A stretch of DNA of 47,272 nt, taken from assembly GCA_963205035.1 (NCBI GenBank), contig CAUJII010000013.1, forward strand, positions 1 through 47,272, given 5' to 3'. This document shows positions 38,924 to 47,193 of the stretch, piece by piece. The notes under the pieces were generated by a model that worked only from the letters and a program-made list of their open reading frames with translations, was not told the origin of the DNA and made no database searches. The DNA is from Spirochaetota bacterium (lineage in GTDB: Bacteria > Spirochaetota > Leptospiria > Turneriellales > Turneriellaceae). Within the stretch, counting starts at the first letter, position 1. Every line of letters begins with the position of its first letter. Made by a program: the position numbers and the translations under genes.

Positions 38924-40709
38924 CGCCATTATCGTTCAACCAGTGGAGGATTTTGAGGTTGACTGCGCTCACTGTGTCGTGGTATTCTTGGAACGGTTCG
39001 ACGAAGAATTGCAGGCGAAGAGAAAAACCCTGCACCTCCATTTTCATGAAGTGTATGTCGGGACTCAAGACATTCGGTTGGCTCGCCAAAATCCCACGGA
39101 CGGCCTCGAGTGTGTTTTCTAATTGCGCGGCGGTTGTCGCAGAATCGAGAAAAATTTTCCCTTTGTATAAGCGCTTGCGTCCGCCAATCGAAATGTTCTC
39201 GACTTGGTTATTCGCAAGGAGCGAGTTCGGAACAATCAAAATACTATTATGCTTTGTACGGATTGTCGTCGAGCGCAAACCCACTTGCATGACGCGGCCC
39301 CAAGTCGATTGTGGCGGCGGCAGAAGAAGATAATCCCCCTCTTTAACAACTTTGTCGAGATAGAGAGAAACTCCCGCAAAGAGATGGCTAATCGCCTCGC
39401 GCCCTGCAAGCGCAAGCGCAAAACCGCCGACGCTCAACCCCGCAATCGCAGAGTAGATATTGTAACCCACGCGGTCTAAAACAACGAGAAAGCCTAAAAA
39501 ATAGAGAAGGAATTTCCCCGTGCGGATGAGGAGTGGAAACAGATGCGTTATCTCTGTGTGCCTTTCTTGCGCAAGAATTTTTTCTTGCCAGCGGAGCATC
39601 AAGCGTTGGAAAATACGCGCGGCGAGAATTGTCGAGAGCCAGATGACTGCAATAGCAAGCCCTGCCTTAATCGTATCGGTTACAAAATCGAGCGGAGTCA
39701 AAAAACGCAAACCGAGTTTTACTCCAAAGAGAAAGGCCAAGACATAAATATATTTTCGCAGGGTATCTAACGTCGCGGCGAGAAGCGAAAACTGGATGCT
39801 CTCATTGGCAGATTTTTTTTCACGCCGCCTCAGAAGCATGATGAGAAGCCGCGCACCCAAGAGGCATCCCATCAGAGAAAGCGAGAAAAAAAGCCACTGC
39901 CAAAGCGTGCTGTCTAAAAGCATGGTGCTTTTGAGGTAGGTCGTCAAAGCGCTCATATCTTCCTTTTCTTGAATGCGCTCGAAACGCCCGTGGCCCAATT
40001 TGGCACTCTCGAAAAGCACGCGTGCAATCCCCTGGGGGTTACCCACTAATGCCTGCACTTCAATATGGAGTGGGATTGCTCTCTTCTCTTTCGCTATATC
40101 GACCAAGAGATTATAGATTTTTCTCTCCTCAAAAAAACGAAACGGTTTTGCGGCCTTCTTATAGTCTTCTGCATGCCCGACGAAGTGGCGCAGGAAATTA
40201 CACGCGGCCCAACGGTGGTGCCCGTCGAGGATGTAATACTTCCCCGAGTCGAATGCCGTCAGAATCTTTCCCGAACACGCGTTGAATTTGGTTTCAGACG
40301 TAAGAGACGCTATCACCTTCGGCGCGACATTCCCCCAGAAAAGATCGCGCTGCGTCGGGACGAGCTCTTCTAAGCGCTCAATAGGTACTTTCTCTAAGAC
40401 GGTAACTTTGTCGGCCTTTTCTCCCGTTTCGAGAAATTTTTCGAGAGAGTTGATGTACGCAAAATCGGTTGCTTGCTCTTGCGGGTTGGTTTCAATCTTT
40501 CCTTCCGAAAGCCATGCCAGGAGCTGCGTCTGCTCGGTCTGTGTGAACTGCGGCATTTCGGTGTGGTGCCTGGCCCACGAAACCGGGTCTATCGGGAAAA
40601 ATTTCTTAAGCTGCCCAAAGTCTGTATCGACCGGCATTCGGGGTTCTATGCATTGAGAAAACGACAGGACAAGAGCCCCCAACGACAGATAACGCAAGAC
40701 GAAAGCCAT
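38868..40709 (-). CDS. MscS mechanosensitive channel with N-terminal lipoprotein signal and ParB/sulfiredoxin-like domain
   Basis: MscS core AGLSVGGFALALAGRE..AG, VKEGD, WGRV.QVGLRST.IR and IVPNS. N-terminal MAFVLRYLSLGALVLSFSQC, LVPTQ and YYILDGHHRWAA. Start moved from 40814 to 40709. Confidence 0.85.
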   Translation of the reverse strand: MAFVLRYLSLGALVLSFSQCIEPRMPVDTDFGQLKKFFPIDPVSWARHHTEMPQFTQTEQTQLLAWLSEGKIETNPQEQATDFAYINSLEKFLETGEKADKVTVLEKVPIERLEELVPTQRDLFWGNVAPKVIASLTSETKFNACSGKILTAFDSGKYYILDGHHRWAACNFLRHFVGHAEDYKKAAKPFRFFEERKIYNLLVDIAKEKRAIPLHIEVQALVGNPQGIARVLFESAKLGHGRFERIQEKEDMSALTTYLKSTMLLDSTLWQWLFFSLSLMGCLLGARLLIMLLRRREKKSANESIQFSLLAATLDTLRKYIYVLAFLFGVKLGLRFLTPLDFVTDTIKAGLAIAVIWLSTILAARIFQRLMLRWQEKILAQERHTEITHLFPLLIRTGKFLLYFLGFLVVLDRVGYNIYSAIAGLSVGGFALALAGREAISHLFAGVSLYLDKVVKEGDYLLLPPPQSTWGRVMQVGLRSTTIRTKHNSILIVPNSLLANNQVENISIGGRKRLYKGKIFLDSATTAAQLENTLEAVRGILASQPNVLSPDIHFMKMEVQGFSLRLQFFVEPFQEYHDTVSAVNLKILHWLNDNGVKTSSIVDALVEKVQPPK

Positions 40710-40762
40710 CGACTCAATTATGGTAGGCTTTTGTGCTGTAAAAAATTTTTTATGCTTTGAGT

Positions 40763-41632
40763 TTAGGCTTTCTTCCGCTTGAAAAAACGAAAATACATCG
40801 TCTCTAAGAACCAATACGCGACCAAGACCAACCTATGCCAACGGTAGGGTCTGTTGAGAGTGCGCCAAAGCCAAGTGTACCCGGCAGACGCCATAAAGTC
40901 GGGGGCTTTCTTGCGCGTACCCGCCAACGTATCGAATGCCCCGCCGACGTTGACTACAATTAGGTCGCCCAAGTGGGCGCGGTTTTCCTCAATCCAACGC
41001 ATGCCTCGATGATAGCCCATGCCGACAAAAAGAATGTGCGGATCGGTTTTACGTACGGCTTCGAGAACGCGCTCGGCGACGGCTCCTCGAAGGTAGCCGT
41101 GGTGGCGGCCGACGATGCGCAAGCCTGTAAAAGACCTGCGAAAGTTTGCATAGAGTTTCTCTAAAACCTCGTCTTTGGAGCCCAGCAAGAAAACAGTGTA
41201 CTCTTTCGCATGTGCGATGCGGATGAGATTCATCGCGTAGCCGACCATCGAAATCAGTTCGGGAATCTCATGCCCCAACGCACGCGCCATGTATTGCATT
41301 CCTGCGCCATCGGGCAGGTTGATGAACGCGTCGTCTGCCAGAGCGAGCATGCGTTTGCGGAAACGGACCCAAACATAACGGTAAGGATCGAATGGCAGAA
41401 CGACTTGGGGCCCAAACTCCCGCGTCGATTGCCGTTTTTGCTCGCGCATGCGGTCTAAAGTGTGGATTGAATAAGCAACCAAATCGACCGAGGTCGCCTG
41501 AAAAAATGGAATCTTGCCCAAATGGGCCCGGCGGAGAGCCAACGTTGACGTATCAATATTTTTATACTCCAAAATCGGGTCAGAGTCGTCTTTATTCGTC
41601 AAGATAGGGTCTAATGCAAAATTGTTCTTCAT
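40763..41632 (-). CDS. WecB/TagA/CpsF family glycosyltransferase
   Basis: LPDGAG, VFLLGS, IVGRHHGY, ILFVGMG, VGGAFDTLAG..KKAP and WLWR...PYRW. Start could be 41653. Confidence 0.9.
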   Translation of the reverse strand: MKNNFALDPILTNKDDSDPILEYKNIDTSTLALRRAHLGKIPFFQATSVDLVAYSIHTLDRMREQKRQSTREFGPQVVLPFDPYRYVWVRFRKRMLALADDAFINLPDGAGMQYMARALGHEIPELISMVGYAMNLIRIAHAKEYTVFLLGSKDEVLEKLYANFRRSFTGLRIVGRHHGYLRGAVAERVLEAVRKTDPHILFVGMGYHRGMRWIEENRAHLGDLIVVNVGGAFDTLAGTRKKAPDFMASAGYTWLWRTLNRPYRWHRLVLVAYWFLETMYFRFFKRKKA

Positions 41633-41697
41633 TATGATTATGTCGCCTGTCAATTGGAGAAATTGAACAGCCCGTCAAGCGTAACGCCTTTTGAAAG

Positions 41698-41899
41698 GGG
41701 CGTGGGATAAATCAGGTGTTTATCCTTACGCTTTGCAAAAAATTTTGCCTTAGAGCCTTTAGAAAATCACGAGCGCCGGCTTTTCCTATTAGAAAAGCCT
41801 CGCATAACGGTTTGCAACCTGCTCGTGATTTTCATGGGTAGCCATTCTAAAATGCGGCAAAATTTTTCGCCGTGACCCCACCTGATTTATCCCACGCCC
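41698..41899. repeat. ~200-bp nested inverted-repeat element (MITE/REPIN-like or structured ncRNA)
   Basis: Perfect IRs of 21 bp (41698-41718/41879-41899), 12 bp (41738-41749/41856-41867), 5 bp (41750-41754/41846-41850) and 13 bp (41762-41774/41821-41833), plus three small hairpins. Confidence 0.8.
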
Positions 41900-41913
41900 T
41901 TTGAAAAAAGTCT

Positions 41914-41940
41914 TTAGCATTTTTTATACTTCGACGATGA
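41914..41940 (+). promoter_or_regulatory. Possible sigma28-like promoter
   Basis: TTAG-N15-GACGATGA versus consensus TAAA-N15-GCCGATAA (4 mismatches), upstream of an FlgM-like small ORF. Confidence 0.25.
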
Positions 41941-42035
41941 TATATTGTGGCCAAGGATGGCCCATTAAGGTATGGGATTGCCCCAATAGATACTTTATGT
42001 ATCTGAACCGCAGTCCCTGTTACAAGGAAGTAACT

Positions 42036-42221
42036 ATGGCTCGCAGATTAGCGAATAAGGGCAGAAGAAATCTGCCCAAAACGACAGAATTAGGGCGCCG
42101 GTCATTTTCATCGACCGAAGCGCGCATCCACGAATATAAAAACCGTATTAAAGATAGAGATTATCTCGAATTTGCGATCGACCGTATCGCCATCGAGCTC
42201 ACGCACTTTTTGACAAAGTAA
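42036..42221 (+). CDS. Small 61-aa protein, FlgM C-terminal-like
   Basis: RBS AAGGAAG before ATG 42036; stop overlaps the cysE start (TAATG). [14 protein letters not shown]...DRIAIEL resembles the FlgM sigma28-binding helices. Confidence 0.6.
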   Translation: MARRLANKGRRNLPKTTELGRRSFSSTEARIHEYKNRIKDRDYLEFAIDRIAIELTHFLTK

Positions 42222-43057
42222 TGGAAGTTGCTCTTCTCGAAAAAATGCGGGCGCGCGGCCCCGTTTTTAGCATCCCCATGCCCGGCAAGAACGAGGCCGG
42301 TTTTTTTATCGGTGCACTTTTAGATTTCCTCTTTTTTCACAACGATGGCAGCGAGTTTGAAACCCCTTCTGCGTATTCAAATAAACTCGCAGAACTGACA
42401 ACACTCCTCAAAGCCTTAGTCCATCCGTTCGTCAAAAGCGAAAAAGAAGCCGCCACACTCAGTGAAACTTTCTTTGCAAAAGAACTTCCCAGAATTTACG
42501 ACACTCTCTGGCAAGACGCAGAAGCGGCGTATGCAGGCGACCCCGCTGCACAAAGCATTCAAGAGGTGCTCTTAGCCTACCCCGGTTTTTTCGCAATCGC
42601 AGTCCACCGCATCGCGCACTATTTTGAAGTCGAGAAAATTCCCGTGCTACCGCGACTTTTTAGCGAACACGCGCACGAAAAAACGGGCATCGACATCCAC
42701 CCTGGGGCACAGATTGGCAAGTCATTCTTCATGGACCACGGCACAGGGATTGTCATCGGGGGAACATCGATCATTGCAGACAATGTGAAAATCTATCAAG
42801 GGGTGACTCTCGGTGCTCTTTCTGTTGACAAGTCTCTCGCGTCGACACGCCGCCACCCGACGATTGAAGAAGGTGTCGTCATCTATGCAGGCGCAACCAT
42901 CTTGGGAGGCAAGACGGTCATTGGCCGCCACTCTGTCATCGGCGGCAATACGTGGATTGTCGAAAGCGTCTTGCCCTACTCTGTCGTTTACAACAAGGCG
43001 ACGAGCCACACCCGCCCATCGAAAGAGATGGAATCTGTCATCGACTTTATCATCTAA
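42221..43057 (+). CDS. cysE: Serine O-acetyltransferase (CysE/EpsC type)
   Basis: [38 protein letters not shown] and RHPTI. Confidence 0.95.
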   Translation: MEVALLEKMRARGPVFSIPMPGKNEAGFFIGALLDFLFFHNDGSEFETPSAYSNKLAELTTLLKALVHPFVKSEKEAATLSETFFAKELPRIYDTLWQDAEAAYAGDPAAQSIQEVLLAYPGFFAIAVHRIAHYFEVEKIPVLPRLFSEHAHEKTGIDIHPGAQIGKSFFMDHGTGIVIGGTSIIADNVKIYQGVTLGALSVDKSLASTRRHPTIEEGVVIYAGATILGGKTVIGRHSVIGGNTWIVESVLPYSVVYNKATSHTRPSKEMESVIDFII

Positions 43058-43144
43058 TCTGTAGACCGATGACCTACTGGTCATCGACTTTATCATCTAA
43101 TTTACGGGCCGATGACCTATTGGTCATCGACTTTATCATCTAAT
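43037..43144 (+). repeat. 43-bp-period tandem repeat (2.5 units) with hairpins
   Basis: GTCATCGACTTTATCATCTAAT at 43037, 43080 and 43123. The 21-bp linkers share CCGATGACCTA.TG and form CGATGACC-N4-GGTCATCG stems. Confidence 0.92.
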
Positions 43145-44829
43145 CAAACACGCCGACCAATAACTAAAAAAGCCTTCCGCCCTTGGTAAGATATGAGCGC
43201 TGACATCGATTCGATATAAACGACCTGCCCTGATTTTCGGATAATGCGCTGTCTGATCGTCGGTAGAAAAGTGCCTATGCCGCTCTTCAAGAGCTCTTGC
43301 ATGCGCGCACCTAAAACCTCTTGGTCTTCGGGGTGTGTAAAACTCAACGCATTGAGCCCCACAAGGCGGCGGGAATCCTTCTCGCCGAAAAGTTCTGCTG
43401 CGGCGGGATTTGCATACACAATCGTGCCCGCCTCGTGGATCAAAACGCCGTCACTAATTTTTTCGACAATTTTGCTATACCGCTCTTCGCTTTCTTTGAG
43501 CAAGAGTTCAGTTTTTTTGCGCTCAGAAATGTCGGTCACGAGACTGAGCACAGAGGCAACATTCCCCTCGAGATCTTGAAGCGGCGTTGTGCTCATCAGC
43601 GTACACACAACACGCTTATTCTTACTTAAAAGTTCTTGTTCGCGTATAAACTTTTCACCGCGAACACGGCGCTCGAAGAGAATACTTTTTTCTTTGGGTT
43701 CTTTTTCGACGAGATAATCTAAGAACGAAGTGCCTTGCATCTCTTGCACGGTATAGCCCAGAAGGCGTGCCATGCGCTCGTTACAAAATGTCGTCGTGCC
43801 TTCCCTGTCGGTGACCCAAACGCCCTCTGTCGCCGCTTCGACGAGCCGTTCGTAATCCACCTTTTTTTGATTGAGGGATTTGTCGGCGCTTTCTCTGCGT
43901 TTTTCTTCTAAGCGGTACGCACTCAAGAGCTCTTCGTTGCGCCTCAGAACTAAACGCTTCTCACTAAAAACGACTGCGAGCGACATGCCCACCGCAGAGA
44001 GTGTTGCAATGAGCACCCAGATATAACCAAAATGCAGCGCGCTGGCTCCAAGCGCTTGGCGGTAAAGAGCGATGCTCACCAAAGTAAAGCCGACAATCAC
44101 CGTTGTCAAAAGCAGTGTGCCATGCCGACCGAAGCTCACAGCAGCCCACGAAACAAAAATGAATAAAAGAAATGCATACGATTCTTGCGCGACCGAACGA
44201 TCGCTATGAAAGAGTCCATACGTTAAAGCGAAAGTCAGAGCAAAGACCGCGAGCATTTCGAGAACTTTAAGTGTCGTGACGCGCACCATCGACGGGTTTC
44301 TCCACACAAGAATGGCCGGCGCGATGAGAAGAATCCCCAACGAGTCGCCCATCCACCATTCGAGTGCAAGGCGTACGAAAGGCACAGACGCCGTTCCACT
44401 TGCTTGAACACCCAGTGCACCCAAAACAGCAGACGGCAGCGGAAGCAAGATAACAGCGAAGGCCAGAAAACGGCCATAATCGCGCATACGCACGAACGCA
44501 ATATCGATCTTGGCCATAAGGCGAAGCAGAGGCAAAACGAGAGACGCTTCGAGAATCGTAGCCGCAGCAAAGAAAACTTGCGTCAAGACTGTCCCTGAGA
44601 TAAAGAAGGTTTCGATACCCGCAGCTACCACTGTCGCCGCGACGAACCACCAGCCGCCCATCAAAATAAACGCAACAGCGACCCCGGCTGCCGGCCAAAA
44701 GAGAGAAACTGTGTCGGGCCCCCAAAAAAAATACGGCGTTCCAATAACGAGCGCTACGTGGAGCGCGGTATAGAGAAACCAAAGGAACACGCGCACGGGC
44801 GTAATAGGAGCTTTAAGCTTTTCCCACAT
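43144..44829 (-). CDS. MASE1 membrane sensor with two PAS domains and no output domain
   Basis: FWPAAG and WWMGDSLG (MASE1). PAS1 runs YERLVEAATEGVW...DISERK and PAS2 starts YSKIVEKISDGV. The ORF ends at LVIGRRV*. Confidence 0.85.
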   Translation of the reverse strand: MWEKLKAPITPVRVFLWFLYTALHVALVIGTPYFFWGPDTVSLFWPAAGVAVAFILMGGWWFVAATVVAAGIETFFISGTVLTQVFFAAATILEASLVLPLLRLMAKIDIAFVRMRDYGRFLAFAVILLPLPSAVLGALGVQASGTASVPFVRLALEWWMGDSLGILLIAPAILVWRNPSMVRVTTLKVLEMLAVFALTFALTYGLFHSDRSVAQESYAFLLFIFVSWAAVSFGRHGTLLLTTVIVGFTLVSIALYRQALGASALHFGYIWVLIATLSAVGMSLAVVFSEKRLVLRRNEELLSAYRLEEKRRESADKSLNQKKVDYERLVEAATEGVWVTDREGTTTFCNERMARLLGYTVQEMQGTSFLDYLVEKEPKEKSILFERRVRGEKFIREQELLSKNKRVVCTLMSTTPLQDLEGNVASVLSLVTDISERKKTELLLKESEERYSKIVEKISDGVLIHEAGTIVYANPAAAELFGEKDSRRLVGLNALSFTHPEDQEVLGARMQELLKSGIGTFLPTIRQRIIRKSGQVVYIESMSALISYQGRKAFLVIGRRV

Positions 44830-44870
44830 TGTGTTCCTTAGACGAGAGCAAGTTCAAACGTAAAACAAAA

Positions 44871-46388
44871 TTATGTCCCACAGAATGTGCGGTAGCCCAT
44901 GGGGGATTGATCCCACTGGCGCAGCGCCAAATTGGCTGTGCTCTCTTCAAAAGGCCGCTCTAATCCTTTAAGGAGCGTCTTGAACGGTGCGAAGTCGCCC
45001 TTCTCTGCCGCTTCGAGCACCTCTTCGACCTTTTGGTTACGCGCAATCGCTGCGGGATTTATCGAATTCATCGCACGCGCAATTTCAGAAAGCGACTTTT
45101 TCTCAGCTTCGAGTCTCTTAAGCCAAGTGCTATGCCAGCTCTGAAAATCCATAGCTATAGCCAACGCCTCGGTGCCTGCAAGAGGTGGGGTGTTCGGTAG
45201 ACCCGAAATACTCCGCGCCAAAAAACGGAAAGTGTTTGTGAAATCGGCCTGGTGTTTTTGCATGAGACCCAGAAGAGTGTGAATAAGCTCGGCATCCTTT
45301 TCGTGGGGTGCGGAAAGTCCCACTTTTTGGCGTATTGTATTTTGCCAATGCGACTCGAAGCGTGTGTGGAAGGCCTCGATGTGCGCTTTCGCAATTTCTA
45401 ATGCCTCATCCTCGCTTTCAGAAAAAAATGGGAGAAGCGTCTCTGCAAAGCACGTCAAATTCCAGAGTGCCATACGCGGTTGGTTGTGGTACGCGTAACG
45501 GCCGTGCGTGTCGATCGAACTAAAAACCGTTTGTGGGTCATAACTATCCATGAAAGCGCAAGGGCCGAAGTCCAGACTCTCGCCCGCAATCGACATATTG
45601 TCGGTGTTCATGACGCCGTGTATAAATCCCACAGACTGCCAGAGTGCAATGAGTTTGGCCTGCCGCTCGGCAACCGCATCGAAGAAAGCGACGTATGGAT
45701 TATCTCTGTCTGCACACTCGGGATAATGGCGGTGGATAGAATAATCCGCAAGCGCTTTGAGTGCTGCCGTATTTTTTGCGTGGTGCGAGTGTGCGTACGC
45801 ATATTCAAAAGTGCCGACACGCAGGTGACTTTGTGCGACACGCGTCAAGATTGCGCCTTGAAGCTCTCTTTCTCTGTACACAGGCTCGTTGGTTTGCACT
45901 AGAGCCAGAGCGCGCGTTGTAGGAATTCCCAAATGGAAAAGCGCCTCGCCGATGAGGCATTCCCGAAGCATGGGCCCCAGCGCAGCCTTGCCATCCCCTC
46001 GCCTTGAAAACGGCGTCTCGCCACTGCCCTTGAGTTGGATGTCGAAACGCTCGCCGTTTTTTGTGACATGCTCGCCTAAGAGAAGCGCTCTGCCGTCGCC
46101 CAACATCGTGAAATGCCCAAACTGGTGGCCAGCATACGCCGTCGCGATGGGGTCTCTACCCTCGATTAATTCTGAAGCACTAAATATCTGCGCGAGCAGT
46201 TCTTGGGGCGCAGCAGCTAAGTTTAGATCTAACGCCCGCGCTAACGCCTCGTTGAGATAAACCAACTGCGTCTTTTCGCGTTTTGTGGGATGAATCCGCG
46301 CAAAAAATAGAGCCGGCAGCTGGGAGTATGTATTCTCCAAACGAAAACCAAGATCTTTTTTTAGAGAGTTTTCGGCCACAACAACCAT
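44871..46388 (-). CDS. selO: Protein adenylyltransferase SelO (YdiU/UPF0061)
   Basis: YAGHQFG, LGDGRA, QLKGSGETPFSRRGDG, PTTRAL, SHLRVGTF, GFIHGVMNTDN, DFGP and C-terminal TFCGT. Start uncertain (46424-46388). Confidence 0.95.
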   Translation of the reverse strand: MVVVAENSLKKDLGFRLENTYSQLPALFFARIHPTKREKTQLVYLNEALARALDLNLAAAPQELLAQIFSASELIEGRDPIATAYAGHQFGHFTMLGDGRALLLGEHVTKNGERFDIQLKGSGETPFSRRGDGKAALGPMLRECLIGEALFHLGIPTTRALALVQTNEPVYRERELQGAILTRVAQSHLRVGTFEYAYAHSHHAKNTAALKALADYSIHRHYPECADRDNPYVAFFDAVAERQAKLIALWQSVGFIHGVMNTDNMSIAGESLDFGPCAFMDSYDPQTVFSSIDTHGRYAYHNQPRMALWNLTCFAETLLPFFSESEDEALEIAKAHIEAFHTRFESHWQNTIRQKVGLSAPHEKDAELIHTLLGLMQKHQADFTNTFRFLARSISGLPNTPPLAGTEALAIAMDFQSWHSTWLKRLEAEKKSLSEIARAMNSINPAAIARNQKVEEVLEAAEKGDFAPFKTLLKGLERPFEESTANLALRQWDQSPMGYRTFCGT

Positions 46389-46433
46389 TATTGGTAAGAT
46401 AGAAAAAAACATACTGTCCGGCAAGTTGTCAGT

Positions 46434-46463
46434 GCAAGGAAACGTCAGCTAACGATTCCTTGC
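46434..46463. promoter_or_regulatory. 30-bp near-perfect palindrome upstream of selO
   Basis: GCAAGGAA A CGTCAGCTAACG A TTCCTTGC. Confidence 0.45.
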
Positions 46464-46512
46464 TGCTTATGCCGAGGTTCCGGGCGCACGAGCGCAAAAG
46501 GGGATGAACCGA

Positions 46513-46580
46513 TGCACGCCGCGAAGACGACATCACTGTCGGCGGCGTAGCACATGACCTCCTGTCACCGTGCACGCCGC
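46513..46580 (-). mobile_element. 58-bp two-hairpin mini-element with 10-bp terminal redundancy
   Basis: TGCACGCCGC at 46513 and 46571 (period 58). Reverse complement GCACG GTGAC-AGGAG-GTCAT GTGC T ACGCCGC C GAC-AGTGAT-GTC GTCTTC GCGGCGT aligns gaplessly with 251-308. Confidence 0.85.
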
Positions 46581-46620
46581 AAGGCTGAGAGTGGACACAC
46601 GCCGCTAAAAAAACCACGCG

Positions 46621-47193
46621 CTATATGCACGTTCGTAGGCAGTGGGTGTATTCAGCGTACGACAGGCCTTTTTTCGCGATGAGGATGGCCTTTCGAGCCG
46701 TTTCGAGCCCGCCGTTCTCATTTTTTTCAGTTACTTTTTGGTAGTTAATAAAATAGTCAGGAGAACTTTTGCGCCGAGCATACCGCGCTGCCCAGAAGTG
46801 ATGATTCCGCGCTGAGAACGCCGACCCGTGCCGGGGCGAATGCAGGTACATCTCAACGAACCGCGGCATGAACACCCGAATCGCGAAGTCGACGAACCGC
46901 GAGACCGACTCGCCCGAATGAATCGTCCGCTGCCAAAGCACGCCGTACAAGTTCTTGTCGACTCGCCACGGTCTGATGACGTATTTAACCTTGTCAGCCT
47001 TTACATTGTACCGACGTGCAGACACTGTCCAAGCACCGCCGGAGCGCCAGCGTAACACAGTCTCTTTGCAGAGCCGCGAAATAATTTCGCCCTCGCCCCA
47101 GTGGATCCCATGGCGGGCAAGAATCAGCTGTGCAGCCTTGAGTCGGCGATACGACTTCTCGCGCAGCGAAACGGATGTCTGATGATATTCCAT
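46621..47193 (-). CDS. Hypothetical basic 190-aa protein, multicopy family (possibly DUF1564-like, ribbon-helix-helix-like)
   Basis: Intact ORF with RBS GGAG; its paralog at 2-476 differs mostly at synonymous sites. The RYN...RV...LYGVL.....GESVSRFVDFAI pattern loosely recalls Leptospira DUF1564 (from memory, not searched). Confidence 0.75.
   Translation of the reverse strand: MEYHQTSVSLREKSYRRLKAAQLILARHGIHWGEGEIISRLCKETVLRWRSGGAWTVSARRYNVKADKVKYVIRPWRVDKNLYGVLWQRTIHSGESVSRFVDFAIRVFMPRFVEMYLHSPRHGSAFSARNHHFWAARYARRKSSPDYFINYQKVTEKNENGGLETARKAILIAKKGLSYAEYTHCLRTCI

Noticed and set aside
42813-43143. Short ORFs ending in repeated SSTLSSNL / VIDFII
   Set aside because: Produced by the 43-bp tandem repeat read in alternative frames.
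43037-43144. CRISPR mini-array (22-bp repeats, 21-bp spacers)
   Set aside because: Spacers are homologous to each other, the repeat is the cysE coding end, units are too short, and no cas genes or leader are present.
44871-44885. Selenocysteine at the SelO C-terminus
   Set aside because: The ORF ends TFCGT-TAA with a normal Cys; no in-frame TGA.
46429-46617. 62-aa ORF between selO and the unknown gene
   Set aside because: It is the translation of the mini-element and palindrome region, with no RBS or protein-like features.
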